Origin: a candidate division FCPU426 bacterium
GTDB taxonomy: Bacteria > Oederibacteriota > Muellerivitia > Muellerivitales > Muellerivitaceae
Direction: 5' to 3'
Assembly (NCBI GenBank): GCA_963719085.1
Contig: CAVRAL010000004.1
Coordinates: 64,001 to 128,000, forward strand
DNA: 64,000 nt
Shown: in pieces, positions 20,901 through 33,230 of the stretch
How positions within the stretch are numbered: position 1 is the stretch's first letter
Layout: the number at the start of each line of letters is the position of its first letter
The notes under the pieces: generated by a model
Seen by the model: only the letters and a program-made list of their open reading frames with translations
The model's database searches: none
Told to the model about the DNA's origin: nothing
Made by a program: the position numbers and the translations under genes

Positions 20901-23559
20901 TGGTCGTTGGCGTTAAGGTGGGCGTGGCCGTAGGACTATTAGTTGGAGTATTCGTTGCTGTAGACGTAGGCGTGGCGGTCGGAGTGGGGGTATTTGTCAA
21001 AGTGTTAGTCGGTGTCATCGTTGGTGTCTTCGTCGGGGTAAAGGTTGGCGTAGCCGTGGGGCTATTGGTCGGGGTATTCGTCGGCGTGGCGGTCGCGGTC
21101 GGAGTATAAGTGGGCGTATTCGTCGGTGTGGTCGTTGGTGTCGTCGTCGGGGTAAAAGTTGGCGTGGCCGTGGGGCTATTGGTCGGGGTATTCGTCGGCG
21201 TAACGGTGGCCGTAGGGGTCGGTGAGGCAGTCGGTGTATTGGTAGGTGTGGCGGTAGGCGTCTTAGTGGGAGTCAGAGTCGGCGTCGGGGTCGGTGTCGC
21301 AGTTAGTGTGGGTGTGAGAGTCGTTGTAAAGGTCGCGGACGGCGTTGCCGTAGGCGTCGAGGTTCTCGTTGGTGTCGGACTGCTGGTCGGGGTCAAAGTC
21401 GGAGTCAAGGTAGGGGTAAGTGTCGGCGTCAGCGTCGGTGTCAAAGTAAGCGTTGGGGTAAGTGTTGGCGTAAGGGTCGGGGTAAACGTCGGGGATGGCG
21501 TAGGAGTGGGCGTCAAGGTTCGCGTGGGAGTTGGACTATTCGTGAGGGTCAAAGTCGGAGTGAGGGTGGGCGTCGCCGAAGAGGTCGGAGTTGGCGTTAA
21601 GGTCGGCGTAAGGGTCGCGGTCAAAGTGGGCGTACGGGTGGGCGTGGGGCTAAACGTTGAAGTCGGAGTAATGGTGGGTGAGGCCGTGTTGGTGGGCGTA
21701 GGGGTACAGGTGGGAGCCGGCGTACTGCAAGGCGGGACGCCGGTATTGGGATCCAAATCACCCGCGGCGTCCGTCACTTCCGAAACCAAACTGCCGTTGT
21801 AATAAAGTGCGTAATAAGGCGTGTCATGCAGATTGGTATCCGCGCAACTGCTTCCCGCCCCCAAATGGGAATAATCATCCGCCCAATTACCGCCGTCCAT
21901 TTGGGAATTGTTCCGGCCGAATTTGAACATATCACCCTGGGACTGCCAATAACCCCCGTTGGGGGGAATTTGAACCGTATCCGACGCCCCAATCGTGAAG
22001 GTTACGGCTTGGTTCGCGTAATGCCCCGAGATGGCCGTACAAGGGGTCGAACTGCCGTGGCTGGTGGAAGTGCCGCTGAGATTGACGTTATTGGACCCTC
22101 CCACGCTGTTGACGGTTTGCCCCGCCGAATTGGTGAAGGTATCCATATTTTCGGCGCCGGTTTCATAAAGCCAAACCACGATGCTGACATTGGTCAAGGG
22201 GAATGCGGTGGCGCCGTAATTAGTGATACGCACCCCGAAGTTTTGGGTTTGATTCCCCATCGAGTTACAGGCCACCTGCATATTCAGCAAGGGACCGGCG
22301 GAGGATCCGCAAGGCACGGGCCCGGTGGTGAAGGTGGGCGTGGGCACGGGCGGCGTGAGGGTTCCCGTGGGGGTGAAGGTGGGCGACAGGGTGGAGGTCA
22401 GGGTGGGAGTAGGCGTTGGTGTATTGGTGCCGCAAGGAATCGTGGAAACAATCGTGGCGGCTGAACTGGCGTTGCCGGTGGCCCAAGTCACGCTGGCTGA
22501 ATTGGTGACCGATTGGCAAAGGTTGTTCGGGTAATAATAATTGATGAGATAACCGGTCAAGGTCACGCAGGTATTCGCGGGGAAAGCGTAAGCCCCGGAA
22601 TAGACGATTTGTCCGTTGTTACATTGAACGCTGCCGATGTTGCTGATAGGCGGCGTGGGACAGGGTACCCATCCGCCCCATTGAAATCCGCCGCCGCTGA
22701 AGTTATCCGAGACGGTGACGGAAGCGTTCGTCACCGCGGAGCCCGTGTTACAAAGTTGAAGGCAATAGGTAATGGACTCCGCGTTGCCGTTGAATATGGG
22801 GCCGCCTCCCGAACAAATCGATTTGGTGATGGTAAAATTGGGCGCGGTCAAAGTGGGGACAGGCGTCGGGATGGTCAGGCATTGTTTCCAGAAAAGGGCG
22901 CCCGTGCTGTTGCTGGAGCTATCATCCGCGGTGGCGTTATTGGATATAAAAGGAAGATAGGCTCCGGTGACCGGGTTAAAGATCGGCTGGCCCCAGGTTT
23001 GACCCGTCACCACAACCGGCGACTGGGTGAAGTCGCCGCTGGGATCCGTATAGCCGGGCTGATACCAATTGTAAGTTCCGTCATTGGGTGGATCGGTGCT
23101 GGGATTGCCTAAGGGCGTGTAATAAAGTGAATCACCTGCGTTAGAGCTGGTAATTTCGGCGTGTCCCCCGCCGGCGCAAGTGATGTCCAAATCCCAGGAC
23201 GTGTAATTATCGTTCGGCGCCGAGTTTTGGGTCTTGATGGCCAGGCAAACCGCTCCGGGCGCCACGTTCGACGGCGGTGACGTGATGTCCGCGAGCGGAA
23301 TCGTCAGCGACGTGATGCAGCCGGTCGATCCTTCATTGCAATAATTAATCGTCCCAACCGAATTGCCGTTAATCCAAACATTGGACGTATCGTCGCCGCC
23401 CACATCAATTTGCGCCGACGTGGGGGTACAAGGTTGGGCTGAAACAGGGGTGGGAGAAAAAAAACTAAGAAAGATTCCTAAACAAAATAGTTTGAACCCA
23501 AGCCGAAACGAAAGCCGGGTTGAATAAAAAAGATAACAAGTTAAAATAGGGACTTTCAT
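17959..23559 (-). CDS. Giant secreted surface protein: beta-sandwich + DUF11-like + CBM3-like + Thr/Pro stalk + DUF11 + 2x FlgD-Ig-like + CTD
   Basis: Signal peptide; [15 protein letters not shown]3-like ITNYG...ADDYS...[10 protein letters not shown]; ~800 aa [31 protein letters not shown]...SGMY...KIAILH*. Confidence 0.85.
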   Translation of the reverse strand: MKVPILTCYLFYSTRLSFRLGFKLFCLGIFLSFFSPTPVSAQPCTPTSAQIDVGGDDTSNVWINGNSVGTINYCNEGSTGCITSLTIPLADITSPPSNVAPGAVCLAIKTQNSAPNDNYTSWDLDITCAGGGHAEITSSNAGDSLYYTPLGNPSTDPPNDGTYNWYQPGYTDPSGDFTQSPVVVTGQTWGQPIFNPVTGAYLPFISNNATADDSSSNSTGALFWKQCLTIPTPVPTLTAPNFTITKSICSGGGPIFNGNAESITYCLQLCNTGSAVTNASVTVSDNFSGGGFQWGGWVPCPTPPISNIGSVQCNNGQIVYSGAYAFPANTCVTLTGYLINYYYPNNLCQSVTNSASVTWATGNASSAATIVSTIPCGTNTPTPTPTLTSTLSPTFTPTGTLTPPVPTPTFTTGPVPCGSSAGPLLNMQVACNSMGNQTQNFGVRITNYGATAFPLTNVSIVVWLYETGAENMDTFTNSAGQTVNSVGGSNNVNLSGTSTSHGSSTPCTAISGHYANQAVTFTIGASDTVQIPPNGGYWQSQGDMFKFGRNNSQMDGGNWADDYSHLGAGSSCADTNLHDTPYYALYYNGSLVSEVTDAAGDLDPNTGVPPCSTPAPTCTPTPTNTASPTITPTSTFSPTPTRTPTLTATLTPTLTPTPTSSATPTLTPTLTLTNSPTPTRTLTPTPTPSPTFTPTLTPTLTPTLTLTPTLTPTLTPTLTPTLTPTSSPTPTRTSTPTATPSATFTTTLTPTLTATPTPTPTLTPTKTPTATPTNTPTASPTPTATVTPTNTPTNSPTATPTFTPTTTPTTTPTNTPTYTPTATATPTNTPTNSPTATPTFTPTKTPTMTPTNTLTNTPTPTATPTSTATNTPTNSPTATPTLTPTTTPTNTPTPTATNTPTNSPTATPTPTSTPTKTPTATPTNTLTNSPTPTPTNSPTPTLTPTNSSTPTLTASPTATASPTSTATPTQTSIFTPTPTATPTKTLTFTPTASLTATATPTPTLTVTLTPTPSLTATPTPSLTPTLTFTLTSTSTATPTATVTPTPTFTLTPTSTPTKTYTPLFTPTPTFTPTSTSTPSDTPTASNTPTVTQTPTATWTQTNTPTPTPTSTPTASPTATATPTPTHTPLFTPTPTPTWTATETATATPTPTVTNSWTSTSTVTLTPTASPTSTATNTLTPTPTTTWTPTPTNTSVNTATDTSTPTSTSTVTSTKTPTLTPTPSNTPTQTLTPTPSATTTQTATLTDTPTVTNTNTDTSTPTASDTPTPSDTPTLSPTPTPTLTPTDTFTVTLTSTESPTPTSTLTPTATNSPTNTLTVTPTLTPTLTVTPTWTLTATQSPTPTLTFTATNTATWTPTKTPTLTPTTTFTPTETFTPTRTPTLTHTPTPTLTPTATYTPTFTFTPTPTFTFTYTPTPTFTFTFTPTPTPTPYLTLVKTASESSGHADDTVTYSLAYSNMGSGSVLNVTLTDNLPPTAAESYVAGSASNGGVYNTGTNTLSWTLPVIPAGASGTLTYQVKLGLFAGEFNPVVNQAQLAYPGGLVSASNSLTVTGDYMVHVDVYNGAGELVKTLTTFESSFALSGFDMTGSVIQKPQDVASLVYGGVTLASWDATNNKGDKVNNGTYYVKVQSTDPFGVTTSVTQDVTVNLAQSTLSLTLYNGAGEVVESLDTAQIESLMGVAALSLKDYGLGGVKISSQTLSPSYNQPGAAGASVTITLGSGGSFVWDGQGANGEFLQPGSYFLELKSTQPNTTSQETTWDIVVLPPSGSAAGKTLLEPNPINLSQTQTAKFKINVNSPLVDNVEIELYTVAGELTKIRLTNDPGNASQVTWNLAGINIASGMYIGVVELKSGNELIARQTLKIAILH
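19271..21725 (-). repeat. Coding low-complexity T-x-T-P tract of the 1866-aa protein
   Basis: Near-continuous T-x alternation with diverse codons; boundaries approximate. Confidence 0.9.
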
Positions 23560-23709
23560 GATGATTCCCGTAAATGGTCGGCTTCGTTTCGTTAAAAACG
23601 ATTTTTGGTTGCTCGCTAAAACGCATTACTTCACCTCCAAATATTACATCATGTTTATCATTAAAACAGCTGTTAAACCGGATAAATGAAACCAAATAAA
23701 GGGCCAATT

Positions 23710-26700
23710 TTAATGCAAAATGGCCAATTTCATGATTTTGCGATCAAGGACTTGGTTCCCTTCGCGCAATTCAACATCCGCGAAATACATTCCACTCGCC
23801 AAGCTGATGCCGCTTAAGTTCCAGGTGACCCAATTTAAGTTCCCAGGGTCATTCATCAAAGCGGGGCCCACCAGTTCGCCCGCCAAGGTGTAAATTTTCA
23901 CTTGAACGTTGTCCGCTTGCGGCGCGCTCAATGTCAGCGCGAACATCACCTTTTGGGTTTGGTTCAAATAAACCAGGTTGGGTTCCACCACGACCTTTAC
24001 AATCGGCGAGCTGTTCTGATCCAAGACAGTGACGTTCTCGCTGACATTGGCTTGCGCTTGCCCGGAAATTTGGGAAGTGAAATTCAGGGTATATTGACCC
24101 GAACTCACAATTTTCCCGCCGGCGTTCACCCCTTCCCATCGGAAGCTTCGGCCCGATCCCAGCGTGATTAAAACCGAGCTTCCGTTTCCAGTTGGGTTGC
24201 CGTAAGAAGGCGTAATCACCGTCGGTGAAAAGGTCGCCAAGCCCAGATCATAGTCGGCCGTCTGCAAAGGCCCGCCGATGAGCGTCTCCAGCTGTGTTTT
24301 GGAAAGCGTCATCACAATTTCGCCCGAGCTATTGAAGACCGTGAATTGCATCGAGTTGGTTTTTAACATCACGGTCGTTTGCTGGGTAACCGTCGTTGAG
24401 ACGCCAAGGGGATCCGTACTGTTCACCACGATGAAATAAGTTCCGTTTGATACCTTATCACCCTTAACATTCGTTCCATCCCAGGCGTCCAGCGTCATCC
24501 CCTGATAAAGAATCTTAACCGAATCCCCATCCGTTTGGATCAGGTCGCCCGTCAAGCTAAAGCTCGAAATAGGGGAGGCCAATTCAAAGGTATCCAACGT
24601 TTTCACCAGCTCACCTGACGAATTGAAGACGGAAATTTTCACGACATAATCCCCCGCCATGGTCACCGAATTGGAAACACAATCGGTTATTCCGGCGTAG
24701 GACAAGCAGGCGTTATTGACCAGCGTTTCCCCGGAATGAACTTGTAACCCGATTTGCGCCTTATAAGTCAGCACAAGGCTCGCGCCCGGCGCCAGAGAAG
24801 GAATCGACCAGGTGATTTCCGCGCCGTTATCTAAGCCGCCGTCCGAGGCCGAACCGGCCACATAGATCATCGCGCTGGGCAAGGTGTCGGTAACCGAAGC
24901 GTTAAAAATAGTCGTGCTGCCCAAATTGGAATAGGTCAGGGTATAGGTAATCACGTCCGCTCCATGGGCGGTCGTTTCGGACGCGGCCTTCACCAACGAT
25001 CCAAACGGCGTGGCGGTCGGGGTCGGGGTAAAGGTAAAGGTCGCCGTCATCGTGAATGTCGGGGTGGGGGTATTCGTCACGGTCGGCGTACGGGTTACCG
25101 TGGGGGTCGGCGTCAAAGTAGGGGTGAAGGTCGGTGTAAAGGTCAAAGTGGCCGTCGGGGTTTGGGTCGGCGTACGCGTCACCGTTGGGGTAGGGGTGGT
25201 GGTGGGGGTAAAGCTGTTCGTCGGCGTATTGGTCATTGTCGCCGTAGCCGTCGGCGAGGCGGTTGGAGTCACCGTCGGGGAATTCGTGGCCGTGGGCGTC
25301 AAAGTGGCCGTTGGAGTATCGGTCGGGGTATTGGTCGTGGTCGGCGTGGGCGTCGTCGTAGGCGAGTCGGTTGGGGTAAAAGTGGGCGTGACCGTGGGAG
25401 TGTTGGTCAGGGTCGGGGTATCCGTTGGCGTCGCGCTGGAAGTTGGCGAATCCGTGGGAGTAGCTGTCGAGCTGGGTGTCGGGCTGTCCGTGGGGCTATT
25501 GGTCGGCGTGGTCGTAGGCGTATCGGTCGGAGTATGGGTGAATGTAGGCGTGTTCGTGGGCGTTTGAGTCGGGGTCATGGTTGGCGTGTCCGTGGCTGTG
25601 GGCGAAGCGGTCGGCGTATGGGTCAAAGTCACCGTCGGCGTATTCGTCGTGGTCGGGGTGTCGGTTGGGGTATTGGTCACGGTCGGCGTTGCCGTGGCCG
25701 TCGGCGTATTCGTCGGAGTCTTCGTCGGCGTCACGGTGGGCGTATCCGTCACCGTCAGGGTGTCGGTCGGCGTGTTGGTCACCGTCGGCGTGTTCGTCGA
25801 CGTCTCGGTCGGCGTATCCGTTATCGTCGCGGTGGTGGTCGGGGTGGCCGTGGGTGTATCGGTCGGCGTGTTGGTGACCGTGGGGGTGTTCGTCGGCGTC
25901 TGAGTCGGCGTCACCGTGGGCGTGTCGGTCGTCGTCGGCGTATCCGTTGGGGTATTGGTCACGGTCGGCGTCGCCGTGGCCGTTGGCGTATTCGTCGGAG
26001 TCTTAGTCGATGTCACGGTGGGTGTGTCCGTTGTCGTAGGCGTATTAGTTGGCGTATTGGTCAAGGTCACCGTCGGCGTATCGGTCGGAGTGTTGGTCGC
26101 GGTAATTGTCGCCGTGGTGGTCGGGGTGGCCGTGGGTGTATCGGTCGGCGTATTGGTGACCGTGGGGGTGTTCGTCGGCGTCTTAGTCGGCGTCACCGTC
26201 GGCGTATTCGTCGTGGTCGGGGTGTCGGTTGGGGTATTGGTCACGGTCGGCGTATTCGTCGGAGTCTTCGTCGGCGTCACCGTGGGCGTATTGGTGACCG
26301 TCGGCGTGTCGGTTGGAGTATTGGTCAAAGTGACCGTCGGGGTCGCCGTAGTCGTCGGCGTATCCGTTGGAGTGTTGGTCGCCGTAATCGTCGCGGTGGT
26401 GGTCGGGGTGGCCGTGGGTGTATCGGTCGGCGTGTTGGTGACCGTGGGGGTGTTCGTCGGCGTCTGAGTCGGCGTCACCGTGGGCGTGTCGGTCGTCGTC
26501 GGCGTATCCGTTGGGGTATTGGTCACGGTCGGCGTCGCCGTGGCCGTTGGCGTATTCGTCGGAGTCTTAGTCGATGTCACGGTGGGTGTGTCCGTTGTCG
26601 TAGGCGTATTAGTTGGCGTATTGGTCAAGGTCACCGTCGGCGTATCGGTCGGAGTGTTGGTCGCGGTAATTGTCGCCGTGGTGGTCGGAGTCGCGGTCGG

Positions 26701-29700
26701 TGTGTCCGTCGGGGTATTCGTCACGGTTGGAGTGTTGGTCGGCGTCTTAGTCGGTGTCACCGTAGGCGTGTCGGTTGGCGTATTGGTTGGCGTCACGGTG
26801 GGTGTATTGGTTGTCGTCGGCGTATCCGAAGGTGTGGGTGTGGCCGTGGTCGTAGGCGTATTGGTCGTCGTATTGGTCAAGGTCGCCGTCGGCGTATCGG
26901 TTGGGGTATTGGTCGCGGTGATCGTCGCCGTAGTAGTTGGAGTCGCGGTCGGCGTATCCGTCGGGGTATTCGTCACCGTCGGAGTGTTGGTCGGCGTCTT
27001 AGTCGGCGTCACCGTAGGTGTATCGGTCGGGGTATTGGTAACGGTCGGCGTGTTCGTCGGGGTGTTGGTAGGAGTGTTTGTCACTGTGGGCGTATTCGTA
27101 GGCGTATTGGTCGGGGTATTGGTGACGGTCGGCGTATTCGTAGGCGTGTTGGTTGGAGTGTTTGTCACTGTGGGCGTATTCGTCGGCGTGTTGGTCGGGG
27201 TATTTGTGACCGTAGGCGTATTCGTGGGTGTATTGGTTGGAGTGTTCGTAACCGTCGGCGTATTCGTAGGCGTATTGGTCGGGGTATTGGTGACGGTCGG
27301 CGTATTCGTAGGCGTATTGGTCGGGGTATTGGTCACTGTCGGAGTATTAGTCGGTGTGTTCGTTGGCGTATTTGTCACGGTCGGCGTGTTCGTCGGGGTG
27401 CTGGTGGGAGTATTTGTCACTGTGGGCGTATTCGTAGGGGTATTAGTCGGGGTATTCGTCACTGTCGGTGTGTTCGTTGGCGTGTTTGTCACCGTTGGCG
27501 TATTCGTAGGCGTATTGGTCGGGGTATTGGTGACGGTCGGCGTGTTCGTAGGTGTGTTGGTTGGAGTGCTCGTGACCGTCGGAGTATTCGTAGGTGTGTT
27601 GGTCGGGGTATTTGTGACCGTAGGCGTATTCGTGGGTGTATTGGTTGGAGTGTTCGTAACCGTCGGCGTATTCGTAGGCGTATTGGTCGGGGTATTGGTC
27701 ACTGTCGGAGTATTCGTCGGTGTGTTCGTTGGCGTATTCGTCACGGTCGGCGTGTTCGTCGGGGTGCTGGTGGGAGTATTTGTCACTGTGGGCGTATTCG
27801 TAGGGGTATTAGTCGGGGTATTCGTCACTGTCGGTGTGTTCGTTGGCGTATTGGTCGGGGTATTGGTGACGGTCGGCGTGTTCGTCGGGGTGTTGGTAGG
27901 AGTGTTCGTGACCGTCGGGGTATTCGTAGGTGTGTTGGTCGGGGTATTCGTCACTGTCGGAGTATTCGTAGGCGTATTGGTCGGAGTGTTTGTCACTGTG
28001 GGCGTATTCGTCGGCGTGTTGGTTGGGGTATTCGTCACAGTAGGAGTATGAGTCGGCGTGTTGGTCGGGGTATTGGTGACCGTAGGCGTATTCGTAGGTG
28101 TGTTGGTTGGGGTATTGGTAACGGTTGGGGTATTCGTCGGGGTGCTGGTGGGAGTATTTGTCACTGTGGGCGTATTCGTAGGGGTATTAGTCGGGGTATT
28201 CGTCACTGTCGGTGTGTTCGTTGGCGTATTGGTCGGGGTATTGGTGACGGTCGGCGTATTCGTAGGCGTGTTGGTTGGAGTGTTTGTCACTGTGGGCGTA
28301 TTCGTCGGCGTGTTGGTCGGGGTATTGGTGACCGTAGGCGTATTCGTAGGTGTGTTGGTTGGGGTATTGGTAACGGTCGGCGTGTTCGTCGGGGTGTTGG
28401 TAGGAGTGTTTGTCACTGTGGGCGTATTCGTGGGTGTATTGGTTGGAGTGTTCGTAACCGTCGGCGTGTTCGTAGGTGTGTTGGTTGGAGTGTTCGTGAC
28501 CGTCGGGGTATTCGTAGGTGTGTTGGTCGGGGTATTCGTCACTGTCGGAGTATTCGTAGGCGTATTGGTCGGAGTGTTTGTCACTGTGGGCGTATTCGTC
28601 GGCGTGTTGGTTGGGGTATTCGTCACAGTAGGAGTATGAGTCGGCGTGTTGGTCGGGGTATTGGTGACCGTAGGCGTATTCGTAGGTGTGTTGGTTGGGG
28701 TATTCGTCGGGGTGTTGGTAGGAGTGTTTGTCACTGTGGGCGTATTCGTGGGTGTATTGGTTGGAGTGTTCGTAACCGTCGGCGTGTTCGTAGGTGTGTT
28801 GGTCGGAGTATTAGTTACCGTTGGTGTGTTTGTGGGTGTCTTAGTTGGGGTGTTCGTTACTGTAGGCGTATTCGTAGGCGTATTGGTCGGGGTATTGGTC
28901 ACCGTCGGAGTATTAGTCGGGGTGTTCGTTGGCGTATTCGTCACGGTCGGCGTGTTCGTCGGGGTGCTGGTGGGAGTATTTGTCACTGTGGGCGTATTCG
29001 TAGGGGTATTAGTCGGGGTATTGGTCACTGTCGGTGTGTTCGTTGGCGTGTTTGTCACCGTTGGCGTATTCGTAGGCGTATTGGTCGGGGTATTCGTCAC
29101 TGTCGGAGTATTCGTCGGTGTGTTCGTTGGGGTATTCGTAACGGTCGGCGTGCTGGTGGGTGTCTTAGTTGGGGTGTTCGTCACTGTAGGCGTGTTGGTC
29201 GGTGTATTAGTCGGGGTATTCGTGACCGTCGGTGTATTCGTAGGCGTGTTGGTCGGAGTATTGGTCACCGTTGGTGTGTTAGTGGGTGTACTGGTTAGGG
29301 TATTCGTCACGGTTGGCGTATTCGTAGGCGTGTTAGTCGGCGTGTTGGTGACCGTCGGTGTATTCGTCGGCGTAGTAGTCGGTGTCTTAGTCGGGGTAGT
29401 CGTTGCTGTGTTGGTCGGCGTTGTCGTGGGTGTATTCGTCGGCGTGTTGGTGGGGGTCGTGGTGGGAGTCGTAGTTGGAGTATTAGTCGGTGTATTCGTC
29501 ACCGTCGGGGTAGTCGTCGGCGTGTTAGTGGGGGTCGTGGTGGGGGTTTGCGTCAAGGTAATTGTGGGCGTCGGGGTCAGGGTCACGGTCGGAGTTTTAG
29601 TTAAGGTGACGGTCGGCGTTTGGGTCAGGGTGACCGTGGGTGTCAAAGTGGGCGTCTGAGTCGGCGTTGTGGTAGGCGTCTGGGTAAGCGTAATCGTCGG

Positions 29701-31560
29701 TGTCTGGGTTAAGGTCACCGTAGGCGTTGGCGTCACAGTCACAGTCGGTGTCGGAGTCAGCGTGATGGTGGGCGTGAAAGTGAAAGTCGCCGTCGGGGTG
29801 GGAGTCAGGGTCCTGGTGGCTGTTGGGGTGGGTGTCGGGGTCAAGCAGTTTAAAGCCTCATAAGCGCCCACGTCCCAGGTTTTGCATTGGGGACGGGTGT
29901 TATAGTCCCGGTCAATACCGATACCGTCATTGGTGCCCGCGTCGATCAAAATCGAACCCGTCGCCAGGTGATAATCCGACCCGTAATTCACGAAAGCCGC
30001 GGTAGTGATGCTGAAATCCCCTGTTCCTGACAGCGTCGTCTTGACGTAGGCGTCATAGGTGAAGCCGGTCAACTTCGAGGCGCTGACATCCGTGGTGATA
30101 TTGGCGAAAGCGGTATTGGTAACCGTACTGGCGTCGTTATTGTCGCTTTGAAGGAACCCGATGTTGTTGTCGGCAATGGTGGAATTTAAGATTGTCGCGT
30201 AAACGTTATCGGGCAAGTCAATCCCGATCCCGCCCGTGAAGCCGGCCACGACGGCGTTTTGGAGGTACAAGGACTGGCCGTTCCCGGAAGTTGAAATAAT
30301 GCCTTCCGGCGTGGTCCCATTGCCCAAAATGGAAACTTGGTCGAAAGAAACCGCGTTCGTGTTATTGGCGGCGGAATAACTTACCAGCGCCGAGTTGGTC
30401 AGGCCCGTGCTGACGATGGTGTCATTGGTAAAATTGACGCTCCCGTTATTGATGTTGTTCCAGAGAAAAACATTTCCCGTCGCGTTCGGCTGGTTCAAGG
30501 TGAGGCCCAAGATCGAAATCGAGTTGCTGTTGAGGTTTTGGAAATTGCTGAAGATCCCGTTGCCGGAAGAACCCGCATTCCAAGTAATAGATCCAGCCGG
30601 AACAGAGGGATTGGCCTCAAAAACAAGCCCGATTCCCGTCACCGCCACCGACTCGATGTCGTTGTTGAGAAGGACGATGGTGGCTCCCGTGCAGGCTACA
30701 TTCACGGCGGCCTGAATGGACGTGAAGGTCAGCGGTCCGCAGGAAGTGCATCCCACGTTGACATAAAGATCGCCCGAATAGCAGGAGGGGGTCGCGGTGG
30801 CCGTCAGGGTCACCGTCGGGGTTTGAGTGATCGTGAAAGTGAAAACCGGCGTCAAGGTGACGGTCGCGGTCGCGGTGGCTGTCCCGGTCTTGGTAAATGT
30901 CGGGGAAACGGTCGGGGAAGCTGTAACGGTGGGCGTCCGAGTAACCGTCGGAGTGGGGGTGACACTGGGAGTCGGGGTCACCGTCGGCGTGCTGGTCGGC
31001 GTGCTGGTCGGCCCCGTCGAAGCCGTGAAGCCGGCGTGAGCGTACGAAACATTCCCGCCTTGGGTGCCGCAATTCTGGAGATAATCCTCCCCCATGGCGG
31101 CGACGATATTATAGGTCCCCCCGCCGGTAACATCCGCGGAAGGAATCGTCACATTGAAAACCTGCGTCACGGAATTCGCCGCCGTGAAAGAATATCCCGT
31201 ATTCCACGAGGAAGCGTTCGTATCATTCTGGCCGGTGGTCGTCGGGCCAAAGGCCGTCCCCGAGCCTGAATTGCCGTCCACTAGTTCGTATTGACCCGTC
31301 GCGGGGCAGGTCGCGGGGACAGTGACAGCCGACGGCTCCAAAAGAATGTAGAAGTAAATTCCCTGATAATAATTGGTGTCGCTGTAAACAAGGGTGACGC
31401 TCATCGTTCCGCCGGGAGCGACCGAACCGCTGGAAAGCGAGACACTCACCACTGGCGCGGCCAAGACGGATCCGGTCACAAGAAAAGCAAAAGCCACCAA
31501 ACAGGTTTTAAAAAACCCGTGGACCCCCGCGAATATCTTTTTGTTTTTTAACAAGCTCAT
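23710..31560 (-). CDS. Giant secreted surface protein: N-terminal domain + beta-helix/choice-of-anchor-Q-like + ~1600-aa Thr/Pro/Asn stalk + DUF11 + 2x FlgD-Ig-like + CTD
   Basis: Start ATG 31560 with SD AGGA (ORF is open to 31614). FTSIQAAV beta-helix start; [12 protein letters not shown]...RPQ...DVGAYE; tail ending KLAILH*. Confidence 0.85.
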   Translation of the reverse strand: MSLLKNKKIFAGVHGFFKTCLVAFAFLVTGSVLAAPVVSVSLSSGSVAPGGTMSVTLVYSDTNYYQGIYFYILLEPSAVTVPATCPATGQYELVDGNSGSGTAFGPTTTGQNDTNASSWNTGYSFTAANSVTQVFNVTIPSADVTGGGTYNIVAAMGEDYLQNCGTQGGNVSYAHAGFTASTGPTSTPTSTPTVTPTPSVTPTPTVTRTPTVTASPTVSPTFTKTGTATATATVTLTPVFTFTITQTPTVTLTATATPSCYSGDLYVNVGCTSCGPLTFTSIQAAVNVACTGATIVLLNNDIESVAVTGIGLVFEANPSVPAGSITWNAGSSGNGIFSNFQNLNSNSISILGLTLNQPNATGNVFLWNNINNGSVNFTNDTIVSTGLTNSALVSYSAANNTNAVSFDQVSILGNGTTPEGIISTSGNGQSLYLQNAVVAGFTGGIGIDLPDNVYATILNSTIADNNIGFLQSDNNDASTVTNTAFANITTDVSASKLTGFTYDAYVKTTLSGTGDFSITTAAFVNYGSDYHLATGSILIDAGTNDGIGIDRDYNTRPQCKTWDVGAYEALNCLTPTPTPTATRTLTPTPTATFTFTPTITLTPTPTVTVTPTPTVTLTQTPTITLTQTPTTTPTQTPTLTPTVTLTQTPTVTLTKTPTVTLTPTPTITLTQTPTTTPTNTPTTTPTVTNTPTNTPTTTPTTTPTNTPTNTPTTTPTNTATTTPTKTPTTTPTNTPTVTNTPTNTPTNTPTVTNTLTSTPTNTPTVTNTPTNTPTNTPTVTNTPTNTPTNTPTVTNTPTKTPTSTPTVTNTPTNTPTNTPTVTNTPTNTPTNTPTVTNTPTNTPTVTNTPTNTPTNTPTVTNTPTSTPTNTPTVTNTPTNTPTNTPTVTNTPTNTPTNTPTVTNTPTKTPTNTPTVTNTPTNTPTNTPTVTNTPTNTPTNTPTVTNTPTNTPTNTPTNTPTNTPTVTNTPTNTPTHTPTVTNTPTNTPTNTPTVTNTPTNTPTNTPTVTNTPTNTPTNTPTVTNTPTNTPTNTPTVTNTPTNTPTNTPTVTNTPTNTPTNTPTVTNTPTNTPTNTPTVTNTPTNTPTNTPTVTNTPTNTPTNTPTVTNTPTNTPTNTPTVTNTPTNTPTNTPTVTNTPTSTPTNTPTVTNTPTNTPTNTPTVTNTPTNTPTHTPTVTNTPTNTPTNTPTVTNTPTNTPTNTPTVTNTPTNTPTNTPTVTNTPTNTPTNTPTVTNTPTNTPTNTPTVTNTPTNTPTNTPTVTNTPTSTPTNTPTVTNTPTNTPTNTPTVTNTPTNTPTNTPTVTNTPTNTPTNTPTVTNTPTNTPTNTPTVTSTPTNTPTNTPTVTNTPTNTPTNTPTVTNTPTNTPTVTNTPTNTPTNTPTVTNTPTSTPTNTPTVTNTPTNTPTNTPTVTNTPTNTPTNTPTVTNTPTNTPTNTPTVTNTPTNTPTNTPTVTNTPTNTPTNTPTVTNTPTNTPTNTPTVTNTPTNTPTNTPTVTNTPTNTPTNTPTVTNTPTDTPTVTPTKTPTNTPTVTNTPTDTPTATPTTTATITATNTPTDTPTATLTNTTTNTPTTTATPTPSDTPTTTNTPTVTPTNTPTDTPTVTPTKTPTNTPTVTNTPTDTPTATPTTTATITATNTPTDTPTVTLTNTPTNTPTTTDTPTVTSTKTPTNTPTATATPTVTNTPTDTPTTTDTPTVTPTQTPTNTPTVTNTPTDTPTATPTTTATITATNTPTDTPTTTATPTVTLTNTPTDTPTVTNTPTVTPTKTPTNTPTVTNTPTDTPTTTNTPTVTPTKTPTNTPTVTNTPTDTPTATPTTTATITATNTPTDTPTVTLTNTPTNTPTTTDTPTVTSTKTPTNTPTATATPTVTNTPTDTPTTTDTPTVTPTQTPTNTPTVTNTPTDTPTATPTTTATITDTPTETSTNTPTVTNTPTDTLTVTDTPTVTPTKTPTNTPTATATPTVTNTPTDTPTTTNTPTVTLTHTPTASPTATDTPTMTPTQTPTNTPTFTHTPTDTPTTTPTNSPTDSPTPSSTATPTDSPTSSATPTDTPTLTNTPTVTPTFTPTDSPTTTPTPTTTNTPTDTPTATLTPTATNSPTVTPTASPTATATMTNTPTNSFTPTTTPTPTVTRTPTQTPTATLTFTPTFTPTLTPTPTVTRTPTVTNTPTPTFTMTATFTFTPTPTATPFGSLVKAASETTAHGADVITYTLTYSNLGSTTIFNASVTDTLPSAMIYVAGSASDGGLDNGAEITWSIPSLAPGASLVLTYKAQIGLQVHSGETLVNNACLSYAGITDCVSNSVTMAGDYVVKISVFNSSGELVKTLDTFELASPISSFSLTGDLIQTDGDSVKILYQGMTLDAWDGTNVKGDKVSNGTYFIVVNSTDPLGVSTTVTQQTTVMLKTNSMQFTVFNSSGEIVMTLSKTQLETLIGGPLQTADYDLGLATFSPTVITPSYGNPTGNGSSVLITLGSGRSFRWEGVNAGGKIVSSGQYTLNFTSQISGQAQANVSENVTVLDQNSSPIVKVVVEPNLVYLNQTQKVMFALTLSAPQADNVQVKIYTLAGELVGPALMNDPGNLNWVTWNLSGISLASGMYFADVELREGNQVLDRKIMKLAILH
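25010..29845 (-). repeat. Coding tandem repeat, core 10-aa unit [10 protein letters not shown] (30 bp), with higher-order block duplications
   Basis: Core array ~27030-29360 (roughly 75 units). A ~300-bp block at 25827-26124 recurs at 26391-26688. Confidence 0.92.
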
Positions 31561-32125
31561 AACTTCGTTCCTAATTGACCGGTTAAAAACTTTTTGCCGG
31601 GATAACGTTTGCATTTAAAAAAATAAAAAATCCTAAAATTCGTTTTTAAAATGTGTCGAAGAATGAGGTTCGAAAGAAAAAATTCGAAAAGTCGACGGAC
31701 TGGGCGGCAATTTCAGTTGCCTTGGAATTCGCAAGTTTTTTGACCCTCAATTGCAGGCCGAACCTCGGAATTTGTTTTTATATCAAAGCTTTCACATTAA
31801 ACCTAACGGCTTTAATCCCGTAAAGTTTACCACTTATTATCCCCAAAACTAGTCCCTTTTGGTGCCAAAAAGCCTTTAAAATTGGCAAAATTAGCCATTT
31901 TTGTCAAAAAAAGTTTAACCTGAAAGCAAAGAGCGGCTCGCGTCATCCTTCCCTCACGAAATAACTCACCACCATCCCCAAACAATAGATTTCCAGCTCT
32001 CAAGGTTTTCACCGAGACAAAAAAGTAAAGCCCGGTTAGCCGAAAGTCGATGGCGTGGAAAGTCCTATTTCGCTTTGTTATACTTCCCGCCTGTTTCATC
32101 AACCCAACCCGCTAAAGGACTTCGC

Positions 32126-33139
32126 ATGATCGCTTCCGGCCTTTCCGCCACTTCTTGGGACCTCCTGGCTCAAAAAGCCATTCAAAAAATAGCCCCCAGC
32201 CCCGAGGAAGCTTTATCGATCCTCTCCGCCCCGCGGGAAGAAACCCTTTCCATCGTCCACGCGGCTTATCAAGTGCGCCGTCATTTTCACGGCAATAAGG
32301 TCCGCATTCATGTGCTGCAAAACGCGAAATCCGGCGCTTGTCCTGAAGATTGCGGTTTTTGCTCCCAGTCCTCCAAATATCAAACACCCGCTGAGAAATA
32401 TCCCATGATGACCGTCGGACAATTGGTCGAGGGCGCCCGAAAAGCCAAAGCCGCCGGCGCCTGGAAATATTGCATGGTGACGGCCACCCGTGGGCCCAGC
32501 ACCCGGGACTTAGACGTCATTTGCGAAGCCACCCGTCAAATTAAGGCTGAAGGTGGAATCAAGGTTTGCACTTCCCTGGGCATCCTGACCGAGGAAAAAG
32601 CCAAGCGTTTGGCGGAGGCCGGCGTGGACCGCTTTAACCACAATTTGGAAACCTCCAAGCGCCTTTATTCTAAAATTGTTTCCACCCATACTTACGAGGA
32701 CCGCGTCCAAACCACCCAATACGCCAAACAAGCCGGCATGGATATTTGCTCCGGCGGCATTATCGGTTTGGGCGAGGAAATGGAAGATGTGATTGAGCTC
32801 TGCTTCGCCCTGCGGCGGATCGGCGCCGATTCGGTTCCCGTCAATTTTTTAGATCCCCGTCCCGGAACCCCGATGGCGTCAGGAACCACTGTCGAGCCTT
32901 ATTACGCTCTACGGGTGCTCGCTCTTTTTCGCTTCGTGCATCCCGATGTCGATCTTCGGTCCGCGGGAGGCCGGGAAGTCACCTTCCGTTCGCTCCAGCC
33001 TTTGGTTCTTTACATGGTCAACTCTATTTTCACCAATGGTTACTTGACGACGGATGGCCAAGGCGAGAATGCCGACCATCAAATGATTAAGGACATGGGA
33101 ATGGTTCCCCAAATTGTCGGGGGAGAATTCAACGCGTAA
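32126..33139 (+). CDS. bioB: Biotin synthase
   Basis: NAKSGACPEDCGFCSQS radical SAM motif, FNHNLETS, CSGGIIG.GE, SVPVNFL, GYLTT. Start ATG 32126. Confidence 0.96.
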   Translation: MIASGLSATSWDLLAQKAIQKIAPSPEEALSILSAPREETLSIVHAAYQVRRHFHGNKVRIHVLQNAKSGACPEDCGFCSQSSKYQTPAEKYPMMTVGQLVEGARKAKAAGAWKYCMVTATRGPSTRDLDVICEATRQIKAEGGIKVCTSLGILTEEKAKRLAEAGVDRFNHNLETSKRLYSKIVSTHTYEDRVQTTQYAKQAGMDICSGGIIGLGEEMEDVIELCFALRRIGADSVPVNFLDPRPGTPMASGTTVEPYYALRVLALFRFVHPDVDLRSAGGREVTFRSLQPLVLYMVNSIFTNGYLTTDGQGENADHQMIKDMGMVPQIVGGEFNA

Positions 33140-33170
33140 ATTTCGAGTAGAAGCGACACGATAAAAGAAG

Positions 33171-33215
33171 CTTAAAATAAAAAGGCCCCTTCCACAGGGG
33201 CCTTTTTATTTTAAG
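33171..33215. terminator. Bidirectional intrinsic terminator between bioB and the 1295-aa ORF
   Basis: Perfect 20-bp inverted repeat cttaaaataaaaaggcccct / aggggcctttttattttaag with 5-nt loop. Confidence 0.9.
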
Positions 33216-33230
33216 TCCTCTCGTCCTGGA

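Noticed and set aside
27030..29360. 30-bp periodic array as a possible CRISPR
   Set aside because: No unique spacers; variation falls at third codon positions of an in-frame protein repeat; no cas genes.
25010..29845. TxT repeats as an ice-nucleation or antifreeze beta-solenoid
   Set aside because: Pro every 4-6 residues and the absence of Gly turns do not fit a beta-solenoid.
31860..32125. BirA operator upstream of bioB
   Set aside because: No convincing TGTAAACC-N14-16-GGTTTACA palindrome found by eye.
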